Source of the DNA: Pseudomonadota bacterium
Lineage (GTDB): Bacteria; Bdellovibrionota; Bdellovibrionia; Bdellovibrionales; Bdellovibrionaceae
Assembly (NCBI GenBank): GCA_041178425.1
Contig: JBEGVH010000009.1
Coordinates: 192,001 to 256,000, forward strand
Direction: 5' to 3'
DNA: 64,000 nt
Shown: positions 42,204 to 53,100 of the stretch, one piece after another
Numbering within the stretch: position 1 is the stretch's first letter
Layout: the number at the start of each line of letters is the position of its first letter
Notes under the pieces: model-generated
The model's input: the letters and a program-made list of their open reading frames with translations, nothing else
Databases searched by the model: none
What the model was told of the DNA's origin: nothing
Program-made: the position numbers and the translations under genes

Positions 42204-44597
42204 CTACTCCAAAATTGGCTCGTTAGTAATAAAAGCATTTCTCCAAGGGACCGAGGGTAAGACCTTCGAGTCTTCGGCAACATTCAATGGAACCAAGCTT
42301 GCCATCGTTTTTGGGATGATTCGCACCTTAGTTTCTTCACATAGCTGTTGCACAGAGTTCTCTTCGTAGCGAGACGTTACTAAGACCGCTTGTTTTGCAA
42401 GACCATGCTTTTTAATAATTTCAAGCCCTGTTACACCCTGGCCAATCAGTTCAAAATCAATCAAAAAGAAACACTTCTCCAATTCCGCGCTGGCCTGTAA
42501 ATGAAACCACTGCTCGAATTCCTGAGCTGATGTAAAACTAACCTGTGGTAGAAGCACTTCTGGAGAACGTAATTCTTCTATGCGCTCCCTCCAAACCTGA
42601 TGAATCGAAATGTCATCATCGATGGAAATGACTTTTATTCCCTTTTCAAATAGCAATTGATCTACAAACCAGATAGGCATTGCCGCCTTCGGAAAAATCA
42701 ATTCGATGGTTGCTCCAGCTCCTGGCCTATTGATGATCTTTAATTGCCCCCCTGAAGCATCCATCGTCTTTTTTGCGTGGTAAAGCCCGAGTCCTGAGCC
42801 ATTACTTGCTCCTACCTTGCCATCACTCAGTCCCCACTCACCCAAACCAGAAATCACCTTTTCAGGTATTCCCGGTCCGGAGTCTCGCACAGAGATGACG
42901 GCCTCATTCCCACGAGAAAAAACATTCACAATAACAGGTCCGGCAGAACCACTCATGGCCTCAATCGAATTATTAATAAGATTCGAAAGAACCCGTTTAA
43001 GCTCCATGGAACTGACACAAATGAAAAGGCCATAGGCATTACTAATATCAATGCTGATATTAACTCCCTGGCGTTCTCTATACTCGGTTCGTTTTTCAGA
43101 AACGATGCTATCAACAAGTGAAGCTAAAAGGACTTTTTCTTGTTTGGAACCATCCATCGCCATTCGCCGGCGCGGATCTTTTAACCTTTTGCTCTTTGCT
43201 AATAGCTCATTTGCGATATCATTTATTCGATGAACTGCATCTCGTATTAAAATTCGTTTTTCCTCGGGAAGCTCCGAAGAATGACCCATGATCAGCGATA
43301 ATGCACTCAATGGACTTCGAATATCGTGCGCCACCTGAGCCGCCGACTCACCCACTGCCGCCTGAAGCTTGAGTTTATCTTTTTCGGCGCGCAGCCGCAG
43401 ACTTTCGAGCGTCTTTTGTTGGGCCATTTCAAGCGCTTCTTTTTTTTCTTCGATCACCAATGCGTATCGCTTCCAGAGTGTCACCAAAAACAACAAGGCT
43501 TCTATTAGAGTGATGGGAATAAATGCCGCATCGATGACATCCGAAAAAGGCATGCTGACTCGGTCGTTAAGAAACCCCAAACCACTGATCAAGAAATTGA
43601 TCCCCACAAATAAAGAGAGCCAGCGATTCTCTTTCGAACGATAGGATTGGCTGAAGGCAATGATGGCAATTAAAAACTGAATCGTCACGCCGACGGAATA
43701 AATCAGACCAAAGGCTTTTGGCACAGAGCTGACAAGCACAACCACGCCGAAGACTACGCTTAAAACTGCGAGAGTCTGTATCAACATTTTCAATGATCTT
43801 CTAACAACGACAAATAGCCGTTCTATGAAAACTAAGATCAAAGCATTGGCTATTCCAAATGAAAACATCGAAAGACCCGGCGACCACATTGAAAAAAACT
43901 GATACCCGTAGCCTTGTATCCCTAAAAATAAACCCATGGTGGCAACTAAATAGCCACCGTAGAGAAGATAAATAGTTTCTCGTGTGGCAACAAAAGTAAA
44001 AAAAGCGAGCATTGCAATACAGAAAAAGAAACTATAGCTAATGGCACTCAGCATATACTCTTTCGACGTAGAGTCTACAAATCGATTCCACTTTACCATC
44101 TCGGGACTGTAGCTTGAACGTTTTGAAGAGCCGGCGACCCAAAAGTACAAAGTTTCTTGCGGTTGAAGGTTAGAAAGCAATATTGCCGTTTTACGAAACT
44201 TAATTTTTTCATCCGAAGAGTCTCTATACCCATGCAAAGTGGCCTTGAAGTCGCCTTGTTGTTGACGAAACATTTTAAACGTTTGCGCTAACGGAAACAG
44301 TAAAACCCACTCAGAGCTTTTCTGACTCCAATCGCCTAGGTTTAAGCGATACCAGTTGCCCGAAAAAGCTGCCAGTTTCTCACCTTCAGGAGAATACGCT
44401 TGAGTCCATTGGGTTTCATACTCCAAGGCTTCGGCTCGTTGAATAGCATTCGTCGATGGCAACAACTCAAGCATGGGTTTAAGGTCAACAACATCTGTTT
44501 GTGAGTCTTCGGCCAAACCAGAGGATGAAAGGGATAATGACGATAAAATAAAAACGAGAAAGGCTGTTAAAACGATTTTCCCTGCACTGATGAACAT
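42204..44597 (-). CDS. 7TM-DISM-type hybrid sensor histidine kinase with degenerate receiver
   Basis: Periplasmic domain, about 7 TM, AHDIRSPL, NLINNS, DSGPGI, GSGLGL; C-term IDDD...LIDFEL...LVTS...PK. Confidence 0.88.
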   Translation of the reverse strand: MFISAGKIVLTAFLVFILSSLSLSSSGLAEDSQTDVVDLKPMLELLPSTNAIQRAEALEYETQWTQAYSPEGEKLAAFSGNWYRLNLGDWSQKSSEWVLLFPLAQTFKMFRQQQGDFKATLHGYRDSSDEKIKFRKTAILLSNLQPQETLYFWVAGSSKRSSYSPEMVKWNRFVDSTSKEYMLSAISYSFFFCIAMLAFFTFVATRETIYLLYGGYLVATMGLFLGIQGYGYQFFSMWSPGLSMFSFGIANALILVFIERLFVVVRRSLKMLIQTLAVLSVVFGVVVLVSSVPKAFGLIYSVGVTIQFLIAIIAFSQSYRSKENRWLSLFVGINFLISGLGFLNDRVSMPFSDVIDAAFIPITLIEALLFLVTLWKRYALVIEEKKEALEMAQQKTLESLRLRAEKDKLKLQAAVGESAAQVAHDIRSPLSALSLIMGHSSELPEEKRILIRDAVHRINDIANELLAKSKRLKDPRRRMAMDGSKQEKVLLASLVDSIVSEKRTEYRERQGVNISIDISNAYGLFICVSSMELKRVLSNLINNSIEAMSGSAGPVIVNVFSRGNEAVISVRDSGPGIPEKVISGLGEWGLSDGKVGASNGSGLGLYHAKKTMDASGGQLKIINRPGAGATIELIFPKAAMPIWFVDQLLFEKGIKVISIDDDISIHQVWRERIEELRSPEVLLPQVSFTSAQEFEQWFHLQASAELEKCFFLIDFELIGQGVTGLEIIKKHGLAKQAVLVTSRYEENSVQQLCEETKVRIIPKTMASLVPLNVAEDSKVLPSVPWRNAFITNEPILE

Positions 44598-44684
44598 TTC
44601 ACACCTACATTCCGACGGTAAAACATACGTTTTTTCACGCCATCGGCCCTAAGATTTGCAATGACAATGCCATGACTTGCAGCC

Positions 44685-45719
44685 CTAGGGTTTCTTAACC
44701 GGCACAAGCGGGGTATCTATTTGAACGCACAACTGTGTGGCCAGTTGGCCTCCCAACCTATACTTAAGGGTGTCGCTTTTAAAATTGTCTACAGATTCCT
44801 GCCAAGGCACGCTATCAATGAGAACGTGGCCTAGAAAATCCTGACTCTCATAAATAGCACCAATACCCGAAATGGCCCATTGAACAATGGAATCCGAATA
44901 TCCTCTCGTTGTAAGTTCACACCCAACGTAAAGCGCCGAAAAAAAGTGATACTTTCGACTCAATCCTATTGTTTGTCCGCGGATAGTAACGCTTTGACGG
45001 CCCATATAAATGGGCCTTAGTTGTGGAAAAAAGGTTTCAAAGCGCCGCGAAAACAAAAGTGCCAATCGGTTTAGTCGCTCATATTGCTTTGTTTTATAGA
45101 GCTTTTCTTGAATCAGTGGCCAAGTGACATAACTTGAAAATACCGCTAAACCGAGGAGCGTATCCCGAACACTCCCTTTACCTATCACCCGAAGGTAATG
45201 GTCAAAATTGTCTCCAATCTCTGAACTCGAATGCGTAGTGAAAACATCGGCGAAAGCAAATAACACCTTATCTAGCTCAGGCCGAGCAATAATCTGATCA
45301 GATATATGTCCGTAGAGAGCCGTGCAAGGATTGCTATCGTTCACCTTGCCATCATTGATCCGAGTGCATTTGGGGCTCACAATCTCGAAGAGATCTTCGA
45401 TAAAATGCTCGCAGAATTTCACCTGACGTCTGAAACCCTTCTGAGTCGCCAGTAAAACCGGTGTCTGAACGGCAATGCATGCATCGATGCCTACTTCTTT
45501 GTAGGTAGCCATGGGATTGAAGCCCTCGGGTTCGTAGTTCTCTGTGATGGATTTTTGTCTTTCGGCAAGTGCTTGGCAGAGTTCACTCCCTCTGGAATAT
45601 CTTTGATGAGACGGGATTCGTTCTTGGGCCTCTTCGCATTCGGAGGCCATTCCAAAAGAAGGCGACAGTAAGAAAACAGCCAGTATCCAATGCAAAATCA
45701 AGGGTTCCTCCGATATCAA
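44685..45719 (-). CDS. Hypothetical secreted protein
   Basis: Signal-like N-terminus, paired Cys, KYHFF motif; start uncertain. Confidence 0.7.
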   Translation of the reverse strand: MISEEPLILHWILAVFLLSPSFGMASECEEAQERIPSHQRYSRGSELCQALAERQKSITENYEPEGFNPMATYKEVGIDACIAVQTPVLLATQKGFRRQVKFCEHFIEDLFEIVSPKCTRINDGKVNDSNPCTALYGHISDQIIARPELDKVLFAFADVFTTHSSSEIGDNFDHYLRVIGKGSVRDTLLGLAVFSSYVTWPLIQEKLYKTKQYERLNRLALLFSRRFETFFPQLRPIYMGRQSVTIRGQTIGLSRKYHFFSALYVGCELTTRGYSDSIVQWAISGIGAIYESQDFLGHVLIDSVPWQESVDNFKSDTLKYRLGGQLATQLCVQIDTPLVPVKKP

Positions 45720-45905
45720 TCGAAGGCGCAGACTATCACAGATTCTGTCAATTTTACATTAAATCTGTTTAGACTGATGTGTTTCTTACCGGCCCCAAGG
45801 TTGTTAACCCATCCCAAAGAAGGGGGGTGACATTTTTTGTTCTAAAAAACAATTTTTGATTACTAAAAGACCGTTATCAAAAATAAGAGACCTCAAAAAA
45901 AGTAC

Positions 45906-46511
45906 CTAATCCAAAACAATTTTAGCTTCCACTTCAACAGGAATGGAGCCCGGAACAAAGCGAATGATCTTTGCTTTCATCTCTTCGGGGGTCAAACGCG
46001 GAGGAAATGTAACTAAAGTAAAGAGATGACCATTATTAGTTGAACTGCGATGGTGCCTCCAGCCGCTAAAGAGCCAGCTTGAAACTTTTTTAGAATTAAA
46101 AAAGACAACTACGCATTTCTTTGTTGTGCTATGACCATCTAATTCTGAATACAAAACAGAATCAGCCACAACGAGTCGATCAATTTGGCTCCAATCATAG
46201 GCCGAAACACCCAGCGAAATAACGAGGTTCAAAGAGAGCTTGTCGGATCCAAACTTCATCAAGGGCAGGCCTGGGTGATGTTTTAAATAGTCAACAATTC
46301 TGAAAAGCACAAGGACACCCAAACCACTCACAGCGAGAAAAATAAATCCGAGTCCCTGAAAGACAAAGTGACCTGCCCCCTGCCCTAGATAGAAGAATAA
46401 CAGTCCGAGAACAAAGACAACAGCGATAATAAAAATCGCGGTAATGACAGTCTCTTTTTTGCTTCGATAAATAACGAGTTCGTTTTCGTGTAATACTAAT
46501 GATGCTTCCAT
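45906..46511 (-). CDS. Hypothetical membrane protein (2 TM)
   Basis: Two TM helices; TATACT ending 6 nt upstream of ATG 46511. Confidence 0.7.
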   Translation of the reverse strand: MEASLVLHENELVIYRSKKETVITAIFIIAVVFVLGLLFFYLGQGAGHFVFQGLGFIFLAVSGLGVLVLFRIVDYLKHHPGLPLMKFGSDKLSLNLVISLGVSAYDWSQIDRLVVADSVLYSELDGHSTTKKCVVVFFNSKKVSSWLFSGWRHHRSSTNNGHLFTLVTFPPRLTPEEMKAKIIRFVPGSIPVEVEAKIVLD

Positions 46512-46732
46512 GTTCTTAGTATAGAGCAAATCAACACCATCAAAGATGTTGTAGAACAGAATTTTATTTTTGTCTCAATTTCAAACGATGTTTGGATCAA
46601 GCTGGGATTTATGAATCTGGTAAGAGGGAACTTTTAATGAGAAGTAATTATTTTAAGAGGTAGTAAAGACTTTAATTTATAAAAACAAATCCGATAAGAA
46701 TCTAGATACTTCTCTTATTCTGGAGACTTTGG

Positions 46733-49006
46733 TTGCTTCAAAAATTTGTTTCTTGTTTATTCCTTGGTATCGTTCTTTTCCTCGCCGCTTGCGAGAGGCC
46801 CTCCCTTTCCAGAACAGGACTTCGTCTCATTATTGATACCTCCACAAAGCCCTCTGATTCTCAAAGTGCACAGCAAAAACAGGCCGTTCTCAATGCTTAC
46901 GATGGCGGTAACGCCATCGACCCGTCCCTTATCTGCTTCGCCGTTAATATCAATGGTCAAAGAATTCAAAGAACCAACCCGGCTAGCAACCAATCGCAAA
47001 CGCTTACCTCTTCGCCAAATCCTTCGACCCCAGAGACACCATTCACTTGTGATGTGGATCGCGGTATTTTTAAATCACTCGAATCAAACGATGCATTGAG
47101 TGTCACTGTGGCCTCGGGTCAAACTCTAAAGATTGAGCTCTATGGCTATTTACGGACGAGCACAGAAGAAACTTGCCCCACCGACATCGAGACTCATTGG
47201 AATTGGCCTCTCAACAAGATTTATCGTATCGATAGTAAGAATAACATCTCCACCGACAGTGCCAACGTTGATGTTGTGTTTCAACCCGAGTGGCCACAAT
47301 CCGATCAAAACATCGTGGTTCAAAATCAGTGGCCTAAGACTTGCCTTCCTAGCCCCTCGGACACAGCTATTTTGTCGTACCTTAATCCGAATGATTTCGA
47401 CTTCGATTCTGTGCACGTCTTTTTTAAAGAGGGGAAGGCCTTATTAAAGCCGAGTCACTCTTTTCAATTTACAGATGCAGAGACGACGTTTAGCAATCCC
47501 AGCAATGGAACTTTCGACAAGGTTCAATGGAGCCCTTCTAAGTCTGCTCTTATTCTCGATCACGAAGCCATAAACAACGCCACCGTTGCCTACGAAGTGC
47601 GCCCCTCAGGCAACTACACCTCCAAGGTCTTTGATGGCGGAAGCGTGCTCCAAAGCTGGACCCATCTTGGCTGGGTGTCACGACTGCCTTTTGGTAAACC
47701 ACTGCCAGATACTAATGAGTCGGAAACTCCTTCAAACTATTCTGATTTAGTAGACTCGAATCTCATGGCGAATATCGTTGGAGTATGGCATATGGACAAC
47801 CACAACGAAGCCCTAAATGCCACGTCAGTCCCTGGTCGGTTTCATGTAGCAACTCATTTTAGCGGGTCAACTAATAGCTATCGGCGAATACCAGCTCCCA
47901 CGAGTCTTCCTCTTGGCAATACCTCGCGAACAGTGACCGCATGGATAAAGGCGGATTCTCCACTAGTATCGACCTGGGGTTCGATCGTTAACTGGGGCCA
48001 GGGTGACTGCTCAAATCTCATGTTTGGCTTGGGCACCCAATCGGCAAAACTCACGATCTGGGGTGGATGTTACGACTACGATACAGGCTTATCTATTCCA
48101 ACCAACCGCTGGGCATTTGTGGCGGTGGCTTTTGATGGAACGACTGTTCGCGCATACGTTGACCATCAAATGGCCTCTCAAAATAAGCCCAATTACAACA
48201 CACAGCCGAGTGACCTTTTTATTGGTGGTGAGTCAATCAATAACAGTACTATCCGGGCTTCCTTTAAAGGCGCCATTGACGAGGTGGCGATTTGGTCACG
48301 AGCCCTCACCGACGAAGAAATAAGACAAATTTATCGCCGCGGAGCGAACCGTATTAACTTTCAGGTGAGGGTCAGCGATACCCATTCAATAGACTCCGCC
48401 GTTTCGCCCTGGCTAGGCGCTGACAGATCAGGGAACACCTCATTCTCTGAAATCTATAATTCCCTCTCAAACTCGCTGTTGGATCATATTAAAACAACTT
48501 TTGCTCTGATGAGTTTTGAGAATTTTGAATTAACAACCGCCTTGAGTACTAAGAGGTACTTTCAATACAGAGTTACCCTCGAGAGCGATGATCAAAGCAA
48601 TCATTGTAACTATGGAACCACCAACACCTGGTGCTCGCCTGAATTAAGCAAGGTTATGATAAATGAAGTCTCTCAATACACAAACTTATCCACTGTCATC
48701 AATACCAATGCATTGCCAGTTTCCAACCCCACTGGTTTTACTGAGCAGTTAGGAACCGCTGGATGTCCTGCGCGGATTGTCTATACACTCTCTCAAGACC
48801 GACAGGTTTGGAATTATTGGAATGGAACACGCTGGACAATCGCTGATGGCAGTGTGGTTCAAACAAATTCATCGCAAGACCTCGATACCCATATTGCGAG
48901 CTTTATGCCGACGAGCTCTTCGAAGAGTTCCCTTTACATTAAAGCGTTCTTACGCTCAAGCGGACAAAGCCCTTGTGAACTGAGTAGGATTGAAGTCGCG
49001 CAATGA
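46733..49006 (+). CDS. Lipoprotein with LamG/concanavalin-like jelly-roll domain
   Basis: Lipobox LAAC; TVTAWIK, WAFVAVAFDG, FKGAIDEVAIWSRALT; TCCGATAA at 46690. Confidence 0.85.
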   Translation: MLQKFVSCLFLGIVLFLAACERPSLSRTGLRLIIDTSTKPSDSQSAQQKQAVLNAYDGGNAIDPSLICFAVNINGQRIQRTNPASNQSQTLTSSPNPSTPETPFTCDVDRGIFKSLESNDALSVTVASGQTLKIELYGYLRTSTEETCPTDIETHWNWPLNKIYRIDSKNNISTDSANVDVVFQPEWPQSDQNIVVQNQWPKTCLPSPSDTAILSYLNPNDFDFDSVHVFFKEGKALLKPSHSFQFTDAETTFSNPSNGTFDKVQWSPSKSALILDHEAINNATVAYEVRPSGNYTSKVFDGGSVLQSWTHLGWVSRLPFGKPLPDTNESETPSNYSDLVDSNLMANIVGVWHMDNHNEALNATSVPGRFHVATHFSGSTNSYRRIPAPTSLPLGNTSRTVTAWIKADSPLVSTWGSIVNWGQGDCSNLMFGLGTQSAKLTIWGGCYDYDTGLSIPTNRWAFVAVAFDGTTVRAYVDHQMASQNKPNYNTQPSDLFIGGESINNSTIRASFKGAIDEVAIWSRALTDEEIRQIYRRGANRINFQVRVSDTHSIDSAVSPWLGADRSGNTSFSEIYNSLSNSLLDHIKTTFALMSFENFELTTALSTKRYFQYRVTLESDDQSNHCNYGTTNTWCSPELSKVMINEVSQYTNLSTVINTNALPVSNPTGFTEQLGTAGCPARIVYTLSQDRQVWNYWNGTRWTIADGSVVQTNSSQDLDTHIASFMPTSSSKSSLYIKAFLRSSGQSPCELSRIEVAQ

Positions 49007-49061
49007 GCAAACGTTCGAAAGCTTTTGATGAGGTGCCCTTGTCGAATACTTTCACTCGCAC

Positions 49062-50177
49062 CTAAATAGGTTTTTCCTGCATAATTTTTTGTCTTAGTGC
49101 AGCCAATCGCTTCGATGTCTCTCTCTTCATGGCCTCGAGCCTTTCTAGTCGCATCTGCTGTTCTTCGATCATTCTATTGACATGGTTGAGCACGAAGGCA
49201 CGCTCTTCAGCTTTTGAAGGTAAATCTGTCTCTCCGAGTGAAAAACTAAATTCATACATATTATCGGTGAGACTGACTTTGAGTTTTTTTGCAGCACTTT
49301 CAGTGATGCGAATCACTCCGGCGCCACCCTTGATAATTTTAACGGCGTGATCAAGCCTGCGGGCCGCAAACGATAACATACCTATTGAGTGCTGAAGACT
49401 ATAAGAGACACCATTGACGAACTGCTTTTGCTCGACGGTGCTGAGTTCATTTAATTGCGGAGACAAACTTGCTTTGTAGGCGTATTTAGCGTCTTGAAAA
49501 TACGTGCCGATTTCTTGAAAACTGAGGTAAAGCTCATAGGGATGAGTGGTAGGGATATCTCTGTTAGTCATCACCACGAGCCCCTCAAAGAGGGACGGAT
49601 CGCCTGTTCTTAATTTATGGGTGTAGCTCGCATGCCGAATCTCATGGTAAAGAAAAACATTGGGCTCGCCCGAGATCGCCACCAAATGAGGAATTCCAAT
49701 TTCGTTGGTGGCCGACTGAAAATAAGCGGTGCTACCGTCCATGAGTTGGCGTGGATTATAGGTAAGACTCACTCCCATGGTTTTGTGAAGCTTGGCCGCC
49801 ATTCGATTGAGAACTGAGCCTTGATCATCGGGAACAATTACGAGCTTCGAGCTCTTGGTCAAAACAAGATAACGCTTTTGCACGTCTTCGAGCACCGTGA
49901 CACCATTTTTTTCAAAGGCCCGCCGTGCGTTTTCTAATTGTTCTTCTGGTTTCAATTTTACAAATAATCGATACTCTTCAGACTGAAGCAAACGATATTG
50001 ACTTTCAAAGAGCCGAAACAACTGAGGATTGTCACGCAGCAAGACCTCAGCTTCCAACATCACTGGCGTAGGAATAAGCGTCGAATCTCGCAGTGACATT
50101 TGACACTGATCGGGCCGAGATTGGGAATAACCCCTCTGCAAGAAAAATAAAACTACACAAATCACAAAAAACTTCAT
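49062..50177 (-). CDS. Secreted HExxH (zincin-like) protein
   Basis: Signal peptide MKFFVICVVLFF; LYHEIRH plus downstream FQE; ATGA overlap with the upstream gene. Confidence 0.7.
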   Translation of the reverse strand: MKFFVICVVLFFLQRGYSQSRPDQCQMSLRDSTLIPTPVMLEAEVLLRDNPQLFRLFESQYRLLQSEEYRLFVKLKPEEQLENARRAFEKNGVTVLEDVQKRYLVLTKSSKLVIVPDDQGSVLNRMAAKLHKTMGVSLTYNPRQLMDGSTAYFQSATNEIGIPHLVAISGEPNVFLYHEIRHASYTHKLRTGDPSLFEGLVVMTNRDIPTTHPYELYLSFQEIGTYFQDAKYAYKASLSPQLNELSTVEQKQFVNGVSYSLQHSIGMLSFAARRLDHAVKIIKGGAGVIRITESAAKKLKVSLTDNMYEFSFSLGETDLPSKAEERAFVLNHVNRMIEEQQMRLERLEAMKRETSKRLAALRQKIMQEKPI

Positions 50178-53100
50178 ATAGCCCTCTTGTTGAGAGATTT
50201 GCTGCATGCACCTTTACTCGATGGCCGATTTGAGGCCCGAGACTCTTTTTCTAACTGCTCTTCCATTTCAGTGATGATTTTTTGATAATTACGCCGAATC
50301 TCATAGTTCGCATCATCTATCATAAACTGACCAGGATCGCGCGGAATCAACCCTTTCTTGAATGCCCTATAGAGACGACGATAAACAATAAGTCTTTGCT
50401 CGACATTGTTTGATTTTAAAAGGGATAGCATTCGTCCATCCAAAGGTTCGCTTATCGCTACCCGTTTTTCTATAGTATCATTCACGATCGAATTTTCGGC
50501 GAGACTAAGAATTTGCAAGAGATCTAAGACCGCAGGTCGCCCCCAAAAGCGGTTTGTTTTTTTAGGATTAGGATCAAGAAAATCGTCAAACCTAGAAATC
50601 GCTTCAAAAGAGGTCTTTTCGAGTGGGAGCTCTTTTTCGCGAGTTGTATGATCCCAAATAAACGATGAAAGCTCTTGCCATTTGTGTTGTTCGAGAAGAG
50701 CGATCAATTGAGCTAAATTTAGATCTTCAGATGTTTTTTTGGCTACGGTCGATCTTGCCGATTTACCCCAATTAACCGAATTAAAAACGCTCGAAAACCA
50801 ATTCTTCTTTTCAACCACCTCAGGTCTAAAGAGCTCCCTATCTGAATCGGCTAGGGTTCGCCCCTGCAAAAGGTCAGAGGAGGAAAGAGATAGTTTAGGT
50901 CGAAACACAACCATGACCTTCAAGAGAGTGATAGCATCCATCTTTTTTGTGCTAAAAAACTCACTGACTTCATTGGCAGTCCAGTCCTCATGGGCTATAT
51001 AGCGCTTCACCAACTGAAGGTTTGCTAGTTTATTGGCTCGCTCAAGAAACGTTAGCAACAACTCTTTATATTGCCTTGTAGTCATAAGCTTTCGAAACGC
51101 ATCGAACCCATCACCCAACAAAAAAAAGGTCGAGTTGGAGAAACGATTCAATTCTCTGTTGGAATCGATTTTCCACTGTTCTGGCCAATAACCATTTTTT
51201 TTCGCTAAAGCTAGTTTTTCATCGAAGTTCAAACTCTCAAGCAAAGGGATTGTCATCTCGAAAGTTAAAAGGGGCTTCAGAATTTCCTTCTCTTCATTCG
51301 TCAATTTTTTAAAGTTTTCTGGAAGAGCAAAAAACGCCGCCGACCTCGAATCATGAACGCCAAACCTAATTCGATTGATTCGAATTTTTTCTGCTAAAGG
51401 TATATTCTCGTTACAAGATCTCATGATTTCGGCATCGCTAAGCTGGCGATGGGCACGTAACAAACTTACGGCAAAGGAGGATTCCCCTGGCCATCGCTCT
51501 AAGACCTTTAACAAATCTGGCCATTGAGGCAAGGCCTCAAGTCGTTCCATCGAGTGAGCCTCTAGCAAACCCTCCATCAGAGCAATGAAGGCCTTGGATT
51601 TTCTCTGAGTCTCGCTGAGCACTTTTTTTGGACTAGGGCTTAAAAACTCGTTGAGTCGTTTTAGATAGAGCAACGGATTAAGTTCAGACCTCCGAGCCGA
51701 GGCCATCGATTCTTCACTGTATTCGACGAGGAATCGATCGATGAGGGCCAGCAAAGACTCCGGGTTGGTTGTCGACAGGGAGGTGACAAGATTTCGAATG
51801 GATCGACTGTCAATTTCTCCGTGCAACCAATAATTCAAAAGAATATGGGATAATTCATAATTGTTTGCATCAACACGAACAGCTTCAAGATTTTGGACCA
51901 ACGGATAATGGTTAATAATGATATCAACATTGTAATAATTAACGAGGGCATCCATCAACTCCCACTCGTCCGAAGAGAGCCCCTCGTTGGCTGAGAATTT
52001 TGAGTTTTGTAACTTATCGAAGTCGACTATTCTAAGATGGGAAATGTCTTCAGCCAGTCTCAGCGACAAAATATAACCTAGGTAATCGTTGTTTTTCTTT
52101 TTAGCGTAACCATCAGCGACGGAGATCCTGCCCGAAGTGTAAAGACCTCGGCCATGAACGGCGACCCCTTGTTCCGATGAACTTAAATAAAATCCATTTC
52201 TTAAAATTGACGTGACAGCACCGAGATCATCCACCCCATGATAAAGGCGGTGATTTTGATCGGTGTGTTTCTTTTTGAACTGATCCACAGTCATCAAATA
52301 TTCAGCGGGCAGTTCCTTTTTAGGCCTTTGCCACAATGGCCTGATAGGAACAAAGATTTTCAGTGGGCGTCCCATGTTGTTGGAGACCTCCAGAAATTTT
52401 TGCACTACGGGGTCATCAGGTTGCCGAAATAAGCGATTATTCCCAGCACTCAATCGGGCGTTGAGTGCAATTTTCACAAGTTGTTTTTGGATTGCGGCTC
52501 TTTGATAGTCTTCAACATCGGCTAAGGGATAGGACAAGTCTTTGAGCAATACGTCGCTCGTTTTTAGATTCAAAAACGGAATCTCTACCATTGGTCGCAA
52601 CCCACGCAAGGCCTGCTTGAGATAATTATCAGTTCCGCTCTCTTCAAATTCTGGTGCCAAGTAATCGTATTCGCCACGTATAAAGGAATCGATGGTGTCT
52701 GGTGCCCTTGAGGGGTTTATAAATTCACCCATCGTCAAATCAAAGGCTAGCATATCGAGAGTGCTCCCCCCCTGCGAAATGGCACGGTGGAGTTGTGACT
52801 GAACTTCGTGTACTTCACCAACGGTCGTCGTTAACCTTTGAAACCACTGGTCTGCCGGCTTCCCTTTCTGCTCATTCTGAAGTGTCTGGGTAAAAATCGA
52901 TTCTACTTGTTCAATAGCTCGATATGAACGATCGGATCGCACATAAAGGTCGAAGTCGCTTCCCACTCCTAAAATCAACGATGAATCAAAAGACGACTGG
53001 GCGAGAATTTTGTTAAAAACCTCATTCGTTTTTACATCGGGATTGTTTCGCCATTCTTGATGAAGTCGATCATAAATAAACCCCAACATAGTTCGCACAA

